NCBI RefSeq assembly: GCF_036321535.1
Contig: NC_087436.1
Coordinates: 104,348,001-104,412,000, forward strand
From: Camelus dromedarius
Lineage: Eukaryota
Reading direction: 5' to 3'
DNA length: 64,000 bases
In this document: positions 39,441 through 53,300 of the stretch, piece by piece
Layout: every line of letters begins with the position of its first letter
How positions within the stretch are numbered: position 1 is the stretch's first letter
Program-made: the position numbers and the translations under genes
Notes under the pieces: model-generated
What the model was told of the DNA's origin: nothing
The model's database searches: none
What the model saw: the letters and a program-made list of their open reading frames with translations, nothing else

Positions 39441-39836
39441 GTACTACCAGGAACTTGTTTATTTCTCATAAGTTTATTTACAGAAATGGGTCTTCCCACA
39501 ATTCTGGAGGCCAGGACTGCGCCTCCTCCAGAGGCTCTCTAGGGGTTTGCTTCCCGATCTCCTCCAGCTTCTGGTGGCGCCAGGGGTTCCCTGGCTTGTA
39601 GCTCCATCACTGCAGTCTCTGTCTCCGTGCTCATGTGGCCTTCTCTGCCCCCTTCTCTGTGTGTCGTTTACAAGGACATTGGATTTGGGATCCACCTTGA
39701 TAATCCAGGATCATCTCACCTCAAAAGTCTTCATGACATCTGCAAAGACCCCTGTTCCAAAAAAAGGTCCCATTCACAGTTTCCAAGGATTAGCACATGG
39801 ATATGACTTCTAGGGGGCACCATTCAACTTGTGACA
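39441..39836 (-). mobile_element. MaLR LTR (MLT1C/D-like)
   Basis: CAATTCTGGAGGCCAG, CTCCAGCTTCTGGTGG, ACAAGGACATTGGATTT, ACATCTGCAAAGACCC, CCATTCAAC motifs. Confidence 0.75.
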
Positions 39837-39882
39837 CACAGGTGGACCGCAGTTTGTCTCTTCTCTTGCCAGCCAATGGGAC

Positions 39883-40315
39883 TGTGAATGAAAAATCATG
39901 CCTGCCATATCAGTAAACAAAGGATGCTGAGGCCATCAAGCTAGCCCATTGCAGCCTCCCCGACGGTGTCCCCAGGAGATGCAGAATAGAGACACAGGAC
40001 ACTGACTGGCCCTAGAGAGCTAAGTGCAGATCAAAGGAATGATTTCAATGAGCCCAGACTTTTGTATCCTCCCCTACACAGAAAAGCGCTAAATTCCTTA
40101 ACTTGAGACGTCTGGTTTTCTTTTATTAACACTAATCTTTTGATTTTCTGACTACCTGGTCTTTGCTGCAAGACTCCTATACATCCTGGATCCTCCTCTA
40201 CCTCAGTCTCTTAGAGTGATCTGACAGGCTGCCTCCTGGGCTTAAAGTCCTCTGAAAATGCCCCGAATAAAACATAACTCTCAATTTACACGTCCCGCAT
40301 TGTTTTCAGTCCACA
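39883..40315 (+). mobile_element. ERV1-class solo LTR (MER41-like, cetartiodactyl)
   Basis: TG...CA termini, AATAAA near the 3' end, strong similarity to 41865-42341. Family name tentative. Confidence 0.75.
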
Positions 40316-41864
40316 GGCATTCAGGCGGTTTCCAGTTTGGGGACAGTATAAATACAACAGCTCTGAACCTCCCCGGGTCTTTGCCCAGAGCCATGCAGTC
40401 ATTTCTCCTGGGTGTGGGATGAGGGGGTCATTTCCTACACTTTGTTACACAGGAGGCACTTCAAATCACGGCAGTGGGCTGTCGCCCGGTCCACCTCTGG
40501 GCAGCCGTGCCCCGGGGTCTGTGCCCCCCAGTCTGCTGGGCTTCAGGCCAGTTCAGGTCCTGTCTGCCCTGCCCCCAGGCCCCTGCACTGATATAAAATG
40601 CTTTCGGAGAGGAAGAGCCCAGCAGGGTGCCGGATGGAATCTCATTGCCCTGGACCTGCTTCTTCCAGCGGCTCCAGCCTCAGACGTGGCGCTTTCTCTT
40701 CCTGTCACTGTCCCTGGGAAGCCAGATCCACCGTCCTGCTGCCGTCTGAGCCTCTGCTGGCCCACCCATGACCCAGACCAGCAGACGGGGCCCCGCTGGG
40801 CTGCCATTTTATCATCAACCTGTAACTTCGTTATCTCCAAAAATAAATGAACAGTCGATACCGCCAAGCCCCTCGGGGTCCCCCGCCCAGCCTGGCTTGT
40901 GTTTGGCTACACATGTCCTCCTGTTGGTTCAAAGGACTCCTCTGTTTAATGTCAACATTTGCTTTCGAGCCCTTTCTTTCTCACTGTTTGCTTCTGCTTG
41001 TCCTTGCCCAGTGTGGGAACATCCGGATGCCGGGCCCTTCTATTCCCAGGCCATCCGCCCCTGTGAGACCCTGCACACCTGTGTGACCCTCGAATCCCAG
41101 CTTATCTCACTCACGCTGACGGCGACACCTTCAAACTCCCGGACATGAAAGAGCCAGTGAAGTTGTTTGGAAGAAAGGCTTGCTGGGGACCTCACCTGTT
41201 CCCCAGGGAAGGCGCCTCCTCCCCTGCAGGGGGTGGGGTGGGGACGGGGGAGAGTCTCGCTGGGGACCAAGGAACCTAGACTCTCTTCCGGGCTGAATTC
41301 TGTCCTTGACCCTCCCAGCTGTATGGCTGCACTAACTCAGCGGGTCACGGCTGAGCTAGCGCTTCCCTCCTGGATTCGTTCCCTCCATTTCAAAAGCCCC
41401 TCTTGAGCCATCTGTGGGTTGAAATGCCTGCTTTTGTTGTTGTTGTTTTGTTTTGTTTTGTTTTGCAGGAATTCAAAATCCTAACAGAAGGCCCGCTTTT
41501 ACGGGAGAGATGGAGAAATCTGGCTAATTTCTTCCCAGCTTAACTTTTATATTCTCTCTGAATTTGCAAACTGCACTCGGGAGTAAGGGAATCAGTTAGA
41601 AATGAGGGTTTTTGTTTTGTTTTGTTTTGTTCAAACCAAAAAGTTTTACGACTCAGGAGCTGGTCAGCGTTCCGCAGACTTGTGGGTACAGCAGTTTGGT
41701 CTTGGGTGCTACAAGGTTCTGGAGTTTAGGACGTACAGTTTATGTGACACAGGCCTCTGTGCCGCGACAAGGATTGCCTGTCTTTAGGCAGGCGGCGTTA
41801 ACAGCCCTGTAAGGAGAATCTGATGAGCCTGTTTGTGACTTGGTGTAGAAGGTCTTCTCAAGGG

Positions 41865-42341
41865 TGTGAATGAAATACTGCAAACCATATCAGTAAACAA
41901 AGAATGCTGAAGTCATCAAGTCATCAGTGGCTACCGCCACCCCCTGGGGAAGACAAGCCCGCAGCCCAGCCTCTGCAGCCACTCACAATGGTGCACCCTG
42001 AGGGGAGTCAGAATAAGAAAGGACAGGATACTGGCCCTAGGTAGCTAGGGGCTTGTCAAAGGAATGAATTCAATGAGTCCAAATGTTTGCTTCCTCCCAT
42101 ACATAGAAAAGTGCTAAATTCTTTAACTTGAGATGCCTGGTTTTCTTTAGTTAACAAGTAATCTTTTATTGTTCCAACTACCTGGTCTTTGTTGTAAAGC
42201 TCCTATATATCCTAGCTCCTCCCCTACCTCTTCGGAGCAGTCCCTCACCGCGATCTGGGAGACTGTCATCCCGGCTCGAGTCTTCCCGCCAAATAAAACA
42301 TAACTCTCAACTTTTAGGCTGTGCAGTTATTTCAGTTGACA
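41865..42341 (+). mobile_element. ERV1-class solo LTR (same family as 39883-40315)
   Basis: TGTGAATGAAA...AATAAAACATAACTCTCAAC...TTCAGTTGACA; flanks AAGGG/AAGGT. Confidence 0.78.
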
Positions 42342-45026
42342 AAGGTAAAGAGAAATCTTGACTCTGTACTTCAAAAACAGGCTAATTCTAAAACCATCAT
42401 GAGTTAATTGTGACTTGGAAAGCAGTGATGTTAGTTAAGAACAGTCATTTAGTGGAGTGAAGAGGCAGGTTACTCTTTTTGTCAATCACTCCCATCTCTG
42501 TCCGGGCATCCTCAGGGCCCTCGCTACTCAAAGTGGGGTCTCTGGACCTACAGGACCAATGCAGCATCGTTAGAAACGCAGGATCTCAAGACCCCTGCCC
42601 ACCGACCTAGAGTCAGATCCACATTTTGACACCCTCCCTTGGGCTATTCCAGCACAAAAAACGTTTGAGAAGCAGTACTTTAAACTGCAGGGGTCCGGGG
42701 TTTGGTGGTCTTGGACCTCTTTTCTACCTACCCTTCCTGGTGATTTCATCAGGCGGATGGCTTTAAATCTCATCTGTATGTGACTGACTCCCGAATGTGT
42801 GTCTGCAGCACACACCACCCTGAGCTCCAGGTCTGGACCTCTAACTGCTTACTCAGCTTTCTAACTTGAAGTCTAATAGGTATCTTAGAGTGAACGTCCG
42901 TGACCCTGACTCTTGCCTCCCGCACCTGCCTTTCCCACCACCCCCCACCTTCTGCCTTCCCTGTTTCATGAATGGCATCTCCATTCTTCTGGCTGCATCT
43001 CGAGGCAGGGAGAGAGGTCACACCTTAATCAAACCAGCAGAGATAGCAGGACGTTGCCCCTGCAGGGCTCCTGCCCTTCCTCAGACTTGCTGCTCCTTCC
43101 TGGCCTCCAACAGGATTGGCTCTTCGCTGGGGAGGGTCTCTGTCCAGAAGCTTCGCAGACCCCATGTAAGTATGGGAATCCCAGTGGGCTTCCCCTGACA
43201 AAGACTGTCTTGTAGTCAGCTCTCGATCGTCCACAGGTCACAGCACCTCACCCTGCTCAGTTAGCTCAAGACCCCAGGAAAGACAACAGGGACAAGCCCA
43301 AGAGCCTCAGCCAGCTGCACGTGACTGTGATGTGTGCACAGCGTCCCCACTGAAACGACTGGCCAAGTACTCGTCAAAGACTACAGATTTTTATATTGAA
43401 TGTTACATACTCAGTACCTCCGGGACACAGTGATTCTTCCTTTTATGCTCCTGGATGCTGCTGAGGACTTTTGATGGTCAGGTTCCATCATCTCTGGGCT
43501 CTCGATGGTGGCATTTTCAGTAGGAGCCCTTTAATATGTAAGCATACATGAGGTATGCATTCATTGATTTTTGCCTGTCTCTCTCCACTGGGAGAGCCCC
43601 ATGAAGCAGGACTTTGTTACTGTTTCTGCAGTTCTTGGCTGGAGCAGAGCTAAATTAACTCAGCAAAGTTATTAATATTGAGTCAAGGGCAGAGGCCAGG
43701 AATCTAACCAAATACTAAGGGATGGTGCCTCCACCAGGAAGACATGAATTGCACGACACTGTTACAGATGTGGTTGGAGATTCCTACCCATCTGACCCTT
43801 GTAACCTGTTAAATTTACACAAAATCATGTAGTAGTCAGTCCCTGAGAGCCCATCCCAGGGGGCATTTCTAGGGAAGTCTGGAAGGCTAGATGAGATGGG
43901 AGGGGTTTTGATGACTGGCTCATGATCTGAGCATCATTCACAAAACTGCCTGTTAAACTGACTTAGGAATTTGAGGAATATAAGAAACATTTCTTGTAAG
44001 GCCCTTAGCATACAGAATAGATTCTTAACACATTTTATTATATAAGTTATTATTTGTAGCCACCTGGAGCAGCTGCCCAGCACCTATTCCCCTGTCCTAG
44101 CTACCTCAGTTTCCCTTTAGGGAAATTCTCTCTTCTCCTATTGGTTCTAAATCCAGGCCTCATTATGGACAGCAAAGAGCCTCCTGAGGTTCCTTTTAAA
44201 TGACCCTTACCTCTAAGTGCACAGGGCCAGGCAAGTGACCTAGGCTTATGCGACCAGTTGCTCTCATCTGCAAAACTGAATCTGGAGCAGCTGACTTAAT
44301 GACAAGAGGGAGTGCACTAGAGCAGCGGCCCCCTGAGCAGACGACTTCCAGGATCCAAGGGTCCCTACCCTACAGGACCCAACTTCCTTGTGTGTCTAAG
44401 CATGATTCAGGCTTTCCCTCAATCCTGCGAGCTTCTGCTCTCCTTACAAAATCCTCTTTCCCTAAGTTAACCAGGCTTGGCTTCTGACTTAACTCATTAC
44501 TCTAATAATGGCTATCACATTGAACGTGTACATTTAAAAATCTTTTAAGTATTAAATGCAAATCCACCATATCACTATTTTCTTGAATGAGCAGCAAAAA
44601 GTCCGCAGACTAAGCTCACAATGATTCTGGAAGACCCAGGCCAAGGGGTCCCCCGACCTTGACAATCATAGCGGAGACCCGGGCTCTAAGGTGAAGAAAG
44701 CCAGGACCACAGCTGAGGGCTCTTCATTTGTGCTTCTCTTAAGTGCTGTGTGTCATTTACCCCATTACAAATGAGACAAATGAGTAGTGGAGACCTGCAG
44801 AATCAGCCACCCCAACGATGTTTATGATTTGAGCATCTAACCCTCAGGTCATCATTTCACACTCTTGTCTTCCTGAAGCCAACATATGAGGTCCAGAAAC
44901 TCACCTGAGTTAGAATTAACTATTAGATCTATTAAGAGATGAAGATCATTATCTTCACTCAGAAGATGGAAAATGTTCTGGAGTGTCTAGGATGGTTCTC
45001 TCTAGAGTTGTATAATTTAAAATCAC

Positions 45027-45133
45027 TTTTGTTGTTGTTCTTTTGTTTGTTTTAATGGAGGTACTGGCGATTGAACCCAAGTCCTTGCACATGCTGAGCA
45101 CACATTCTGCCACTGATGTGTACCCCCATGCCC
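45027..45133 (-). mobile_element. Diverged tRNA-Ala-derived SINE (vic-1-like)
   Basis: ATGGAGGTACTGGCGATTGAACCCAAGTCCTTGCACATGCTGAGCAC... aligns by eye to the 19.5 kb and 55.4 kb copies; A-rich tail. Confidence 0.75.
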
Positions 45134-45787
45134 TAGTTGTGTATTTAGCACATATTTATGTGTAAGGCTTGGCTAGGAGGACCACAAGCACTAACCAAGA
45201 GGTCAGGGCACCAAAGTAATAATGAAAGCAAACACCTGGCAATTAAATAGCACCTTCAAGCAAATAAAGCATTTCCAATCCATAAGCACATTTAGGTTTT
45301 TCAACTTCCTTAGGGCTCGGTTTTCCTCAACTGTAAACTGAGGATGGAAACAGAATGGCTGTTCCCTATGAAGCTCCTTAAGACAACTTGTCATAGTAAT
45401 CCCAGCCCCTGCTCCTTTGTGACTTGAGAAGTCTAGTGGCACTTAGAAGCATGACTCTGGGCCACCTGGGTCCACAGCTGAATCCCAGCTCTGCTAAATT
45501 TACCAGATGACGTTGGACAAACCCTGAGCCTGTGTCTTCATCTCTAAAACAGGCACATTAGCTCAGAGTTGTGGTCAGGATTAAATAATGGCCATAAAAC
45601 AATTAACAGTGGTTAAAGTGACTTCTTCCTCAGTCTTGCGTCTCCCCTTGTCCCTCAGCCCAAGTCCATTTTATCATCTTAGCTAACTAGTGAGAACTCC
45701 AACCAGGACTTAAAAGTGCAGGAAACCTAAATACCATCCTGTAGACGGGCATCAATAAACTGTAATCTAGGTTTTGGGGAAGGGTCC

Positions 45788-46151
45788 GGTTATGGACTGA
45801 ATTGCTTCCCTCCCTCAAATTTCACATTGTAGCCCGAACTCCCAATGTAACTGTATCTGGAGATGGGCCTTTAGGAGATGATTAAGGCTAAGTGAGGTCA
45901 CGAGGGTGGCGCCCTAACCAGATAGGACTTCAGAAGAGATGAAATCTGTCAGGTGAGGATACACCTGAAGAGCACACAGCAGGAAGGTGGCCATCTGCAA
46001 ACCAGTAAGCGTCCTCTCCAGAACCTGACCATATTGGCATCTTGATCTCAGACTTCCAACCTTCAGAACTGTCCATGAGAAAATCAAGTTCTGTTGATAA
46101 ATCTACCCAGTCTATGGTATTTTATTATGGCAGCCTGAGCACAGTAAGACA
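45788..46151 (+). mobile_element. MaLR LTR (MLT1A-like)
   Basis: GTTATGGACTGAATTG...GGCCATCTGCAAACCAG...GGTATTTTATTATGGCAGCCTGAGCACAGTAAGACA. Confidence 0.85.
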
Positions 46152-48284
46152 AGCCCTTAGGGAAAATTTTCAGGGAACAGCCACACCCTACTGAGCTCAG
46201 AGACCAAAATATTATGGGCCATTTAAAAATTCCTGGTTGAGTCTTAACTAATTCCAACCTCTGGCACTACCCAGATATAAAAGGGATGGATATTCATGCT
46301 TCTAAGCAAGTAAGGTGCGTATTCCATTATCCTCCATGTAAGGTTCTTCCCAAAGATCACACCATCTGCACCTTTGGAATCTTAACGACAATGTGAAAAT
46401 TCCCAGGGGACCTCTTAGACTCTCTAGAATAATCAGGGATTAAAGTCACAATGATTGTCCTCAAAGTCATGGTTATTTTCCAAAATTTTTCATTATATTA
46501 TCTATTTATCTGAATTAAGAACTTAGTTGTGAACGCTTAAGAAGAAAACCAGAATCACTCACATTGTGTTGTGCGGCGAGGAAGGAGAAGTACCTTGCAG
46601 GGAGAAAACTCAGTTCTAGGAAGAAAGAACCACTGTTCCGGACAGCTCAAGAGGCCACCGGGCATGGCCTCGTCACACTCGAATCCTTTACATGAACATC
46701 AGGGGGGTTTCTGGATTGAGAGTTTGGGATTTAACTGACCCCAATTTGTCCAGCACCAGGAGAAAATCATCCAGGCCAAGGTGCTGGGAAGGACTGACCT
46801 GGATGTCTGACTGGCGCGAGTGAGTGGGCAGTGGAATACAAGGAGGTGGAAAGCAGGGACTACAATGGATTATGCTAGAAAGAACTGGACACACACCTAA
46901 AAGTCATACTTACCTTTTAAAAAACGTGCCATAGAATACCACATTTTAAAGTACCACTTCCCCAAAGTAAAACATTCCATCAATTCCAAAAGCTGTAAAA
47001 TCACCTATTTGTTTAGCATGTTTCTTATTATAGTTAAAACTTTGTCCCTTTTCTGGTTATTAGAGTAATTATCTGCCTTTTCTATAAACCAAGATGAGTC
47101 ATGGTTTTTACATATGTGTGCATAACACCTTAAACTATTGACTGAATACCTGTGTACCATGCACACAAACGACAGTATCCTTAACACCGAGAACTGTGTT
47201 TAACTGTCCAGTCTTGCAGGTCCTGGCGGGCTGTGACATACAGTTCCAGCTCTTGGCCTTAAGCTTTAGCGTCTAACATAGGTCAAGGTGAATCATCTCA
47301 TTTACACTTTATATGCATCAACTTAATCTGTTGCCCTCACTGTTACTAGCACTAAACCAGGGGTTTTTAGGGTTTCTTTAGTGTATCTTTCTAGATTTTG
47401 GTTGTTTGCTTGTTTGTTTTGAGGAGAAGACTTCCTTCTGTCATCACTCACTACTAGAACCTGATGTAGCTGCCCTGTGAATTTTTAACTGGAAACCATC
47501 TAGGGGTTCAATGACCCCCCCCCACACACATGATGCTTCTTTCCTAACCCTGCTTAGAAAGTGATCATGCACTGTTTACAGCAAGGGGTACAAACATTAC
47601 TCTCTTCTAAATTCTAAATTAAGGAACTGTTACCAATCTCTGCTGTTAAAGACCTCACAATTCAAATTCCAACTAAAATGTTTCTTATTTAACAGTCACT
47701 ATTTTTAGAGGAAGGTATCTTTCGCAAAATCCTGATAACTTTGCTCTTATTTTTTCTTTCTGGGGGAGGTCAGATAAATGAATTTGCTGATTTAAAAAGA
47801 TACGTAACTTCCCCTTTTACTTTCTGTTTCCCTATTAAGCAAAGTATACTCTCTCTCTGATTAGGAGCCTCCACCAAAAAGCACAAACCATTACACGTTC
47901 TTTCGTACACCAGACCAAATGACATCCTTATATTGGAAAAGCAAGCTGTTGTTAAATAATGCTCTCTAATCTTGTTAAGATTAGCTCAAAACGTTCCTGA
48001 GATACCCCTTGAGTGACAAAGTCCATCTCCCCATTTATAAGGAAGGAAAACACAGTAACAAACCCCCAAAACAAACAAACAAAACTCTCTTTAAAGCACT
48101 ACATAGTTTTTAAAAACATTGTAAAAAAATCAGCAAGGCCATCACTTTGATGTGATGTAGATTAGACAGCAAGGTAAGACTGTAAATACACAAACTAATA
48201 CAGAATTTAATATCATCTTTATGAAATATTCTGAAATCAAAGACGGTAATACATGCATCAGGCACATCCAACAGAAGACTTTTA

Positions 48285-51200
48285 CAATGGTTTACATTTC
48301 CTTTTTATTTATTTCTTGAAACTGCCCATATTGCAGGTTTCTCATGGATGAAATATGGAACTGAGCAGATTCTTTTTTCTACAAAATTATGGTATAAACT
48401 TGCTCAATGTTCTATCTTATTGCTAATAAACCTTACAGGCGCACAGTTTGTAAAATAAACCCCTTAAGGACTGAATGTGTAGAGCATGCTGCAAGGTACA
48501 AGAAATAAGCTAAAAATGAGCATATAAATCTACATCTGGACCAACACAGTACTGAATGCTGGCGAACATTTATCACAACACAGGGAAAAATTAATAAAAG
48601 GAGATACAGTTCAGTCCTGAAAGGGTTACATAGAAACCCTAATATATTATTGTTTCTAACCATTCATCCCACATTACAGTGCTTGAAAACAAAGTCAAAA
48701 GTCTGGCACAGAAAATTACACACATTTGTTCAGTACTCATCAGAAACACAGCTGCTTTTGAAATCAAAATAAGTAACTTGGTTAATAATTGAGTAACATT
48801 TTGTTTCAAAAAGGACCTTCCCCAACCCTGCCCCCCCGCCCTGGTGTGGATTATCTGATTAAACATGACTAGTTAGTTTAGTTCTCAAAACTGTGTTGGA
48901 TAATTTCTGTGAGGGTACAGATGGTGCCGGTTTCATTAAAAACAAACAAAAAATTAACCTGTTGTAATCGCAAATAAGTCTGTGCAGTAAGAGTGACAAG
49001 TATTTCACTAATTAATACATACATGAGGATGCCTTTAGTTGCCACAGTTTAAGAAAAGTCAGCAGCAGGTTAAATATTTAATACTAGTGTTCAACTCGAT
49101 AAAATCATTCCAAATAAAAAGGGCACTTTACATTTAAAAAAGGCTTTACATTTAAAGCCTTTGGCTTGCCTTCCCAATCTATGTGATCAATTCATTGTAA
49201 CTAATAAAAACATTGGATAAGACTCAGCTTCTATGCATATTTTGAGAAACTGCATAGACTCATGAGAGCATAGGATACACTTCCAAAATAAAACATAAAA
49301 AAAAACCCCCAAAACTTAAATGTGCTATACTTTAATTGAAGTGGTTACCATCCTGAGAGTCTTTATGAGGAAAAATGACCAGCATCGTTAATAATGCCAC
49401 CACTGGGGGAGGGGCCATGTTCTACTAAACCAGAGGGCAAGGCTCCTATAAATTATACTTGAAAGTAATTCACAAATCCGTGAAAAAGGTTTTTAAGCAG
49501 CTGACAAAAGAACTACTGATAAACAATAAGCCACAAAAGACAAATCATTTCAGTCTTAAGTTTATGGTATGCAGAATGGCATAAAATAGTGGGGATAAAT
49601 GCCTGTATAAGTATATTCTTGGACTTTTCAAAAAAAAAAAAAGAAGAAGAAGAAAAGGGTTTACAGTCTAGATATAGTTAAACAGTAAACAAACAAAAGT
49701 TCATTTTAATAAAGTCATAAACTTGAAAAATTATTTTGAATTGCAATCTGGGCATGGAATAATTTGTTCTTCAAAAGCATCTCATATGCTATCAGTTAAT
49801 TAAATACAATTTTGTAACTAAATACAAAACCTGGGAAGTGGAGGAAACTTGTGGCCAATTCAAAGTAAAGCAGCACTGAAAACATTTCTGCGCTCTGAAC
49901 AAAAAGCACTGTGTAAAGACTATTTCCAGACTCAACAGAGAGAGGAATAAATACTACTCAGAAATACACAAGTTTGCAAGAAAAAGCAGTAAACAGTTAA
50001 AACAAAGAAAGATAAGGCCACAATGAATTCTGCCCTTGGTCACTGAAACAGATTTATAGTATGAGGCAGGATTAGCTCACAAGAGAGAAGCCAGTGACTG
50101 GAGCAGACTTGAAGAGAGAAAGGCCATATACAGTATAATGCGGCCTGTGAGTAATTTAAAAGGCTTGCAGTAAAGAGAGAAGCACAATAACTTTGACTTA
50201 ACCACTAACGTGTTTTACAAATGACCTCCCCCTTGAAAACTGAGGAAAAAGTGATTTAAAGATGCGAGGAACTGTATTTACAATGACATAGTCTGAGCAA
50301 AAGAATGAATGCTGAAGATATCAAAGCTGAGGGGGAGAAAAGCTACAAACAGTGAGGTTTTAAAATGTCTACTGATGGAAACTTTTCAAAATAGCCCAGG
50401 ACACCAGAAAGACCATTTCTGTAGGGAAACACTGAAGAAAGTTACAGTTTTGCATTCGTAAGGTACTTGTGGCTCCTGTTTTATGGGACAGTAAAAGCTT
50501 ACCACAATCTAGAGGTAGTTTTTACTCTAAGAAAGATGATTGTATGACTAGACCGTGTCCTTGAACATTACACACATGGTTCCTGTACTAAATGTAGCCC
50601 AACGAGTCTGCTGCAATTTCTAAGAAACTGAACAAAGGTATAACCGAAGTGCAGGAACAGAAGTGACATAAAAACGGTGAGCCCAGCATGCACGGCCAGC
50701 ACACAAACCTGAATCTCAACTGAATGAAAAGAAATGCTTTCTGAGTAGGAGACATTCGTGAAGACACTCAGTACTGGGGAAGACAAGACAAAAAAAGAAA
50801 AAAAAAAAAAAAAAAAAAGGCAGGGAGAGAAATGGAAAGAAATTATATTTGCATTTTTATAATCTTACAACTATCTGTTACTTAAGTACTGTCTTCCAGC
50901 TATTTTAGTTGGTCATCTAGTAAAAGCATCTTGCTTTAGGGTTACAATGATGTTTTGGCCTAGGCTACCAAAAAAAAAAAGTAAATAAAAGCATGCTTTT
51001 GCTAAGATTTTCCTCATTATACAATAAGGGCACCATCTACCAATTGGTAGCAAATACTTCTCATGATATTTTTTTGTTATATGTCAACAAGGCAGAAAAA
51101 CTCCCTGCTGAATGAAATCACTGGGAACATTCCAAGTTCAAAATAAAATGTTTAACTTACACATAATACAAGTTATGTACAAGATTAGGAGGGGGAAAAA

Positions 51201-52204
51201 CCTGAACAAATCCTGGAACACAAAGATACATTTCTGCAGGGGAAAGGAGGAGGGAACACTGCAAAAATCAACATGTTCCATGCCATTAAACTCATTAACG
51301 ACTAAATGGCCACATTTAATTCCAGGTAAAAGTTAGAACCTCTTGGATTACCACTATAAATACATTTAAAAAAAAAAAAAAAGGAACACAGAGAAATAAC
51401 TATCAATGGTGACTGAGAATAGAGACTAGGTTAACGTATGTTGCATGTACTGCAGGCAAGGCAGAGGCATTTTTTTTTTTAAAGCTTTTGCACAGACTTC
51501 ATATAATCTTAAAAAAAAATAGGCAGGCCTTTACAAGATTTGACTTGCTGAAATCCAAACAATTTCAACCCATGAAAAGTCATAAGACTTCAGCTTTAAA
51601 AAAATAATAATAATAAAATAAAAAGAACAGTTCCAGCCTTAGACCAAAAAGACCTGGAAGAATATGGTAATTAGATTAACAAGCATGGTCAGGCTTGGAA
51701 CCTGAATGTACTTAAGAGCAAAAACTCCAAGGGGGCAGGGAGAACCACCTATTTGGTAACAAAGGTGTGCTATATATTGTGATATAAAAAAAGGTATGGT
51801 GAAAATGTACCTTTTACTAAAGCTTATACAAGTTCCTTGGTCCATGAAAACTATGTTAGATTTTTGTCTTCTAGTTTGATTAACTTTTACTCCGGCCACA
51901 TCTCTATTTTTTTGCCCATTTAAACAAAACCAAACAAAACCCAACCAAACAAAAATTACAGCTGAAAAAAAAAAAAGGATTTCCAAAAGTTTGTACATTT
52001 TGATGGGTTTTTTTGTTTGTTTTACTGTGGCTTCTGCACTTCAAATCAGCACTTGTAGGTAATGGGGTTTCTGAATAGTAATTATCACCTGGTATGAAAA
52101 GTTTTCCCAAGAAACCACAAAAGATTGTTCATTTTTTTCTTTCTCCTTTTCTGTCAACACTGTGCAGCACTTAAGTCAGTGTGAGTCCTGGCAAAGGACG
52201 GCGG
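48285..52204 (-). other. RBPJ: RBPJ long 3'UTR (~3.9 kb)
   Basis: U-rich on the - strand with no recognisable interspersed repeats, running from the stop codon to the double poly(A) signal; distal end approximate. Confidence 0.65.
48304..48313 (-). terminator. RBPJ: Overlapping double polyadenylation signal AATAAATAAA of RBPJ
   Basis: + strand TTTATTTATT; followed on - by a GU-rich segment (GTCTTCTGTTGGATGTG) typical of a downstream element. Confidence 0.65.
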
Positions 52205-52573
<369 letters not shown>

Positions 52574-52641
52574 TTAAAATAAGGTTGCATAATACATTAA
52601 ATTAGTATCAGGAAAGAATCTCACATACCCAGCCCCCATCA

Positions 52642-52830
<189 letters not shown>

Positions 52831-53108
52831 TCATTCAAGTACACAGATGAGTTTCTCATTCGACTATCTAATTTGTGAGAAAATGGATAGTTAAAATGTT
52901 TCCATTAAATGAGATGATTAAGACAAAGTGAACTAAAAATATCTCAAGATAACATACAAATTGACTTAAATTTAAATTTCTTGCATAAAACCATGCTCCT
53001 TCTATTTTCTTTTTTTAATCAACAAATGATATGTAACAAAAATCTAATTTATTGTGAAATGAAACCATGCTAAACCACAGCTGGGAGTGGCTGCGAAGGG
53101 CTCAGTCA

Positions 53109-53300
<192 letters not shown>

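Larger units (their letters stand above)
39065..40430 (-). mobile_element. Old L1 3' fragment interrupted by a MaLR LTR and an ERV1 LTR
   Basis: Antisense L1 motifs (CACAATCAAGAGATAGAATATTCC, TGGCTTCTTTCACTCAGCA) resume after the inserts as GGTTTCCAGTTTGGGG...CATTTCTCCTGGGT. Confidence 0.65.

Noticed and set aside
39883..42341. LTR pair as the two ends of one provirus
   Set aside because: Host L1 resumes directly after the first LTR, no PBS or gag/pol-like sequence seen, and outer flanks do not share a TSD.
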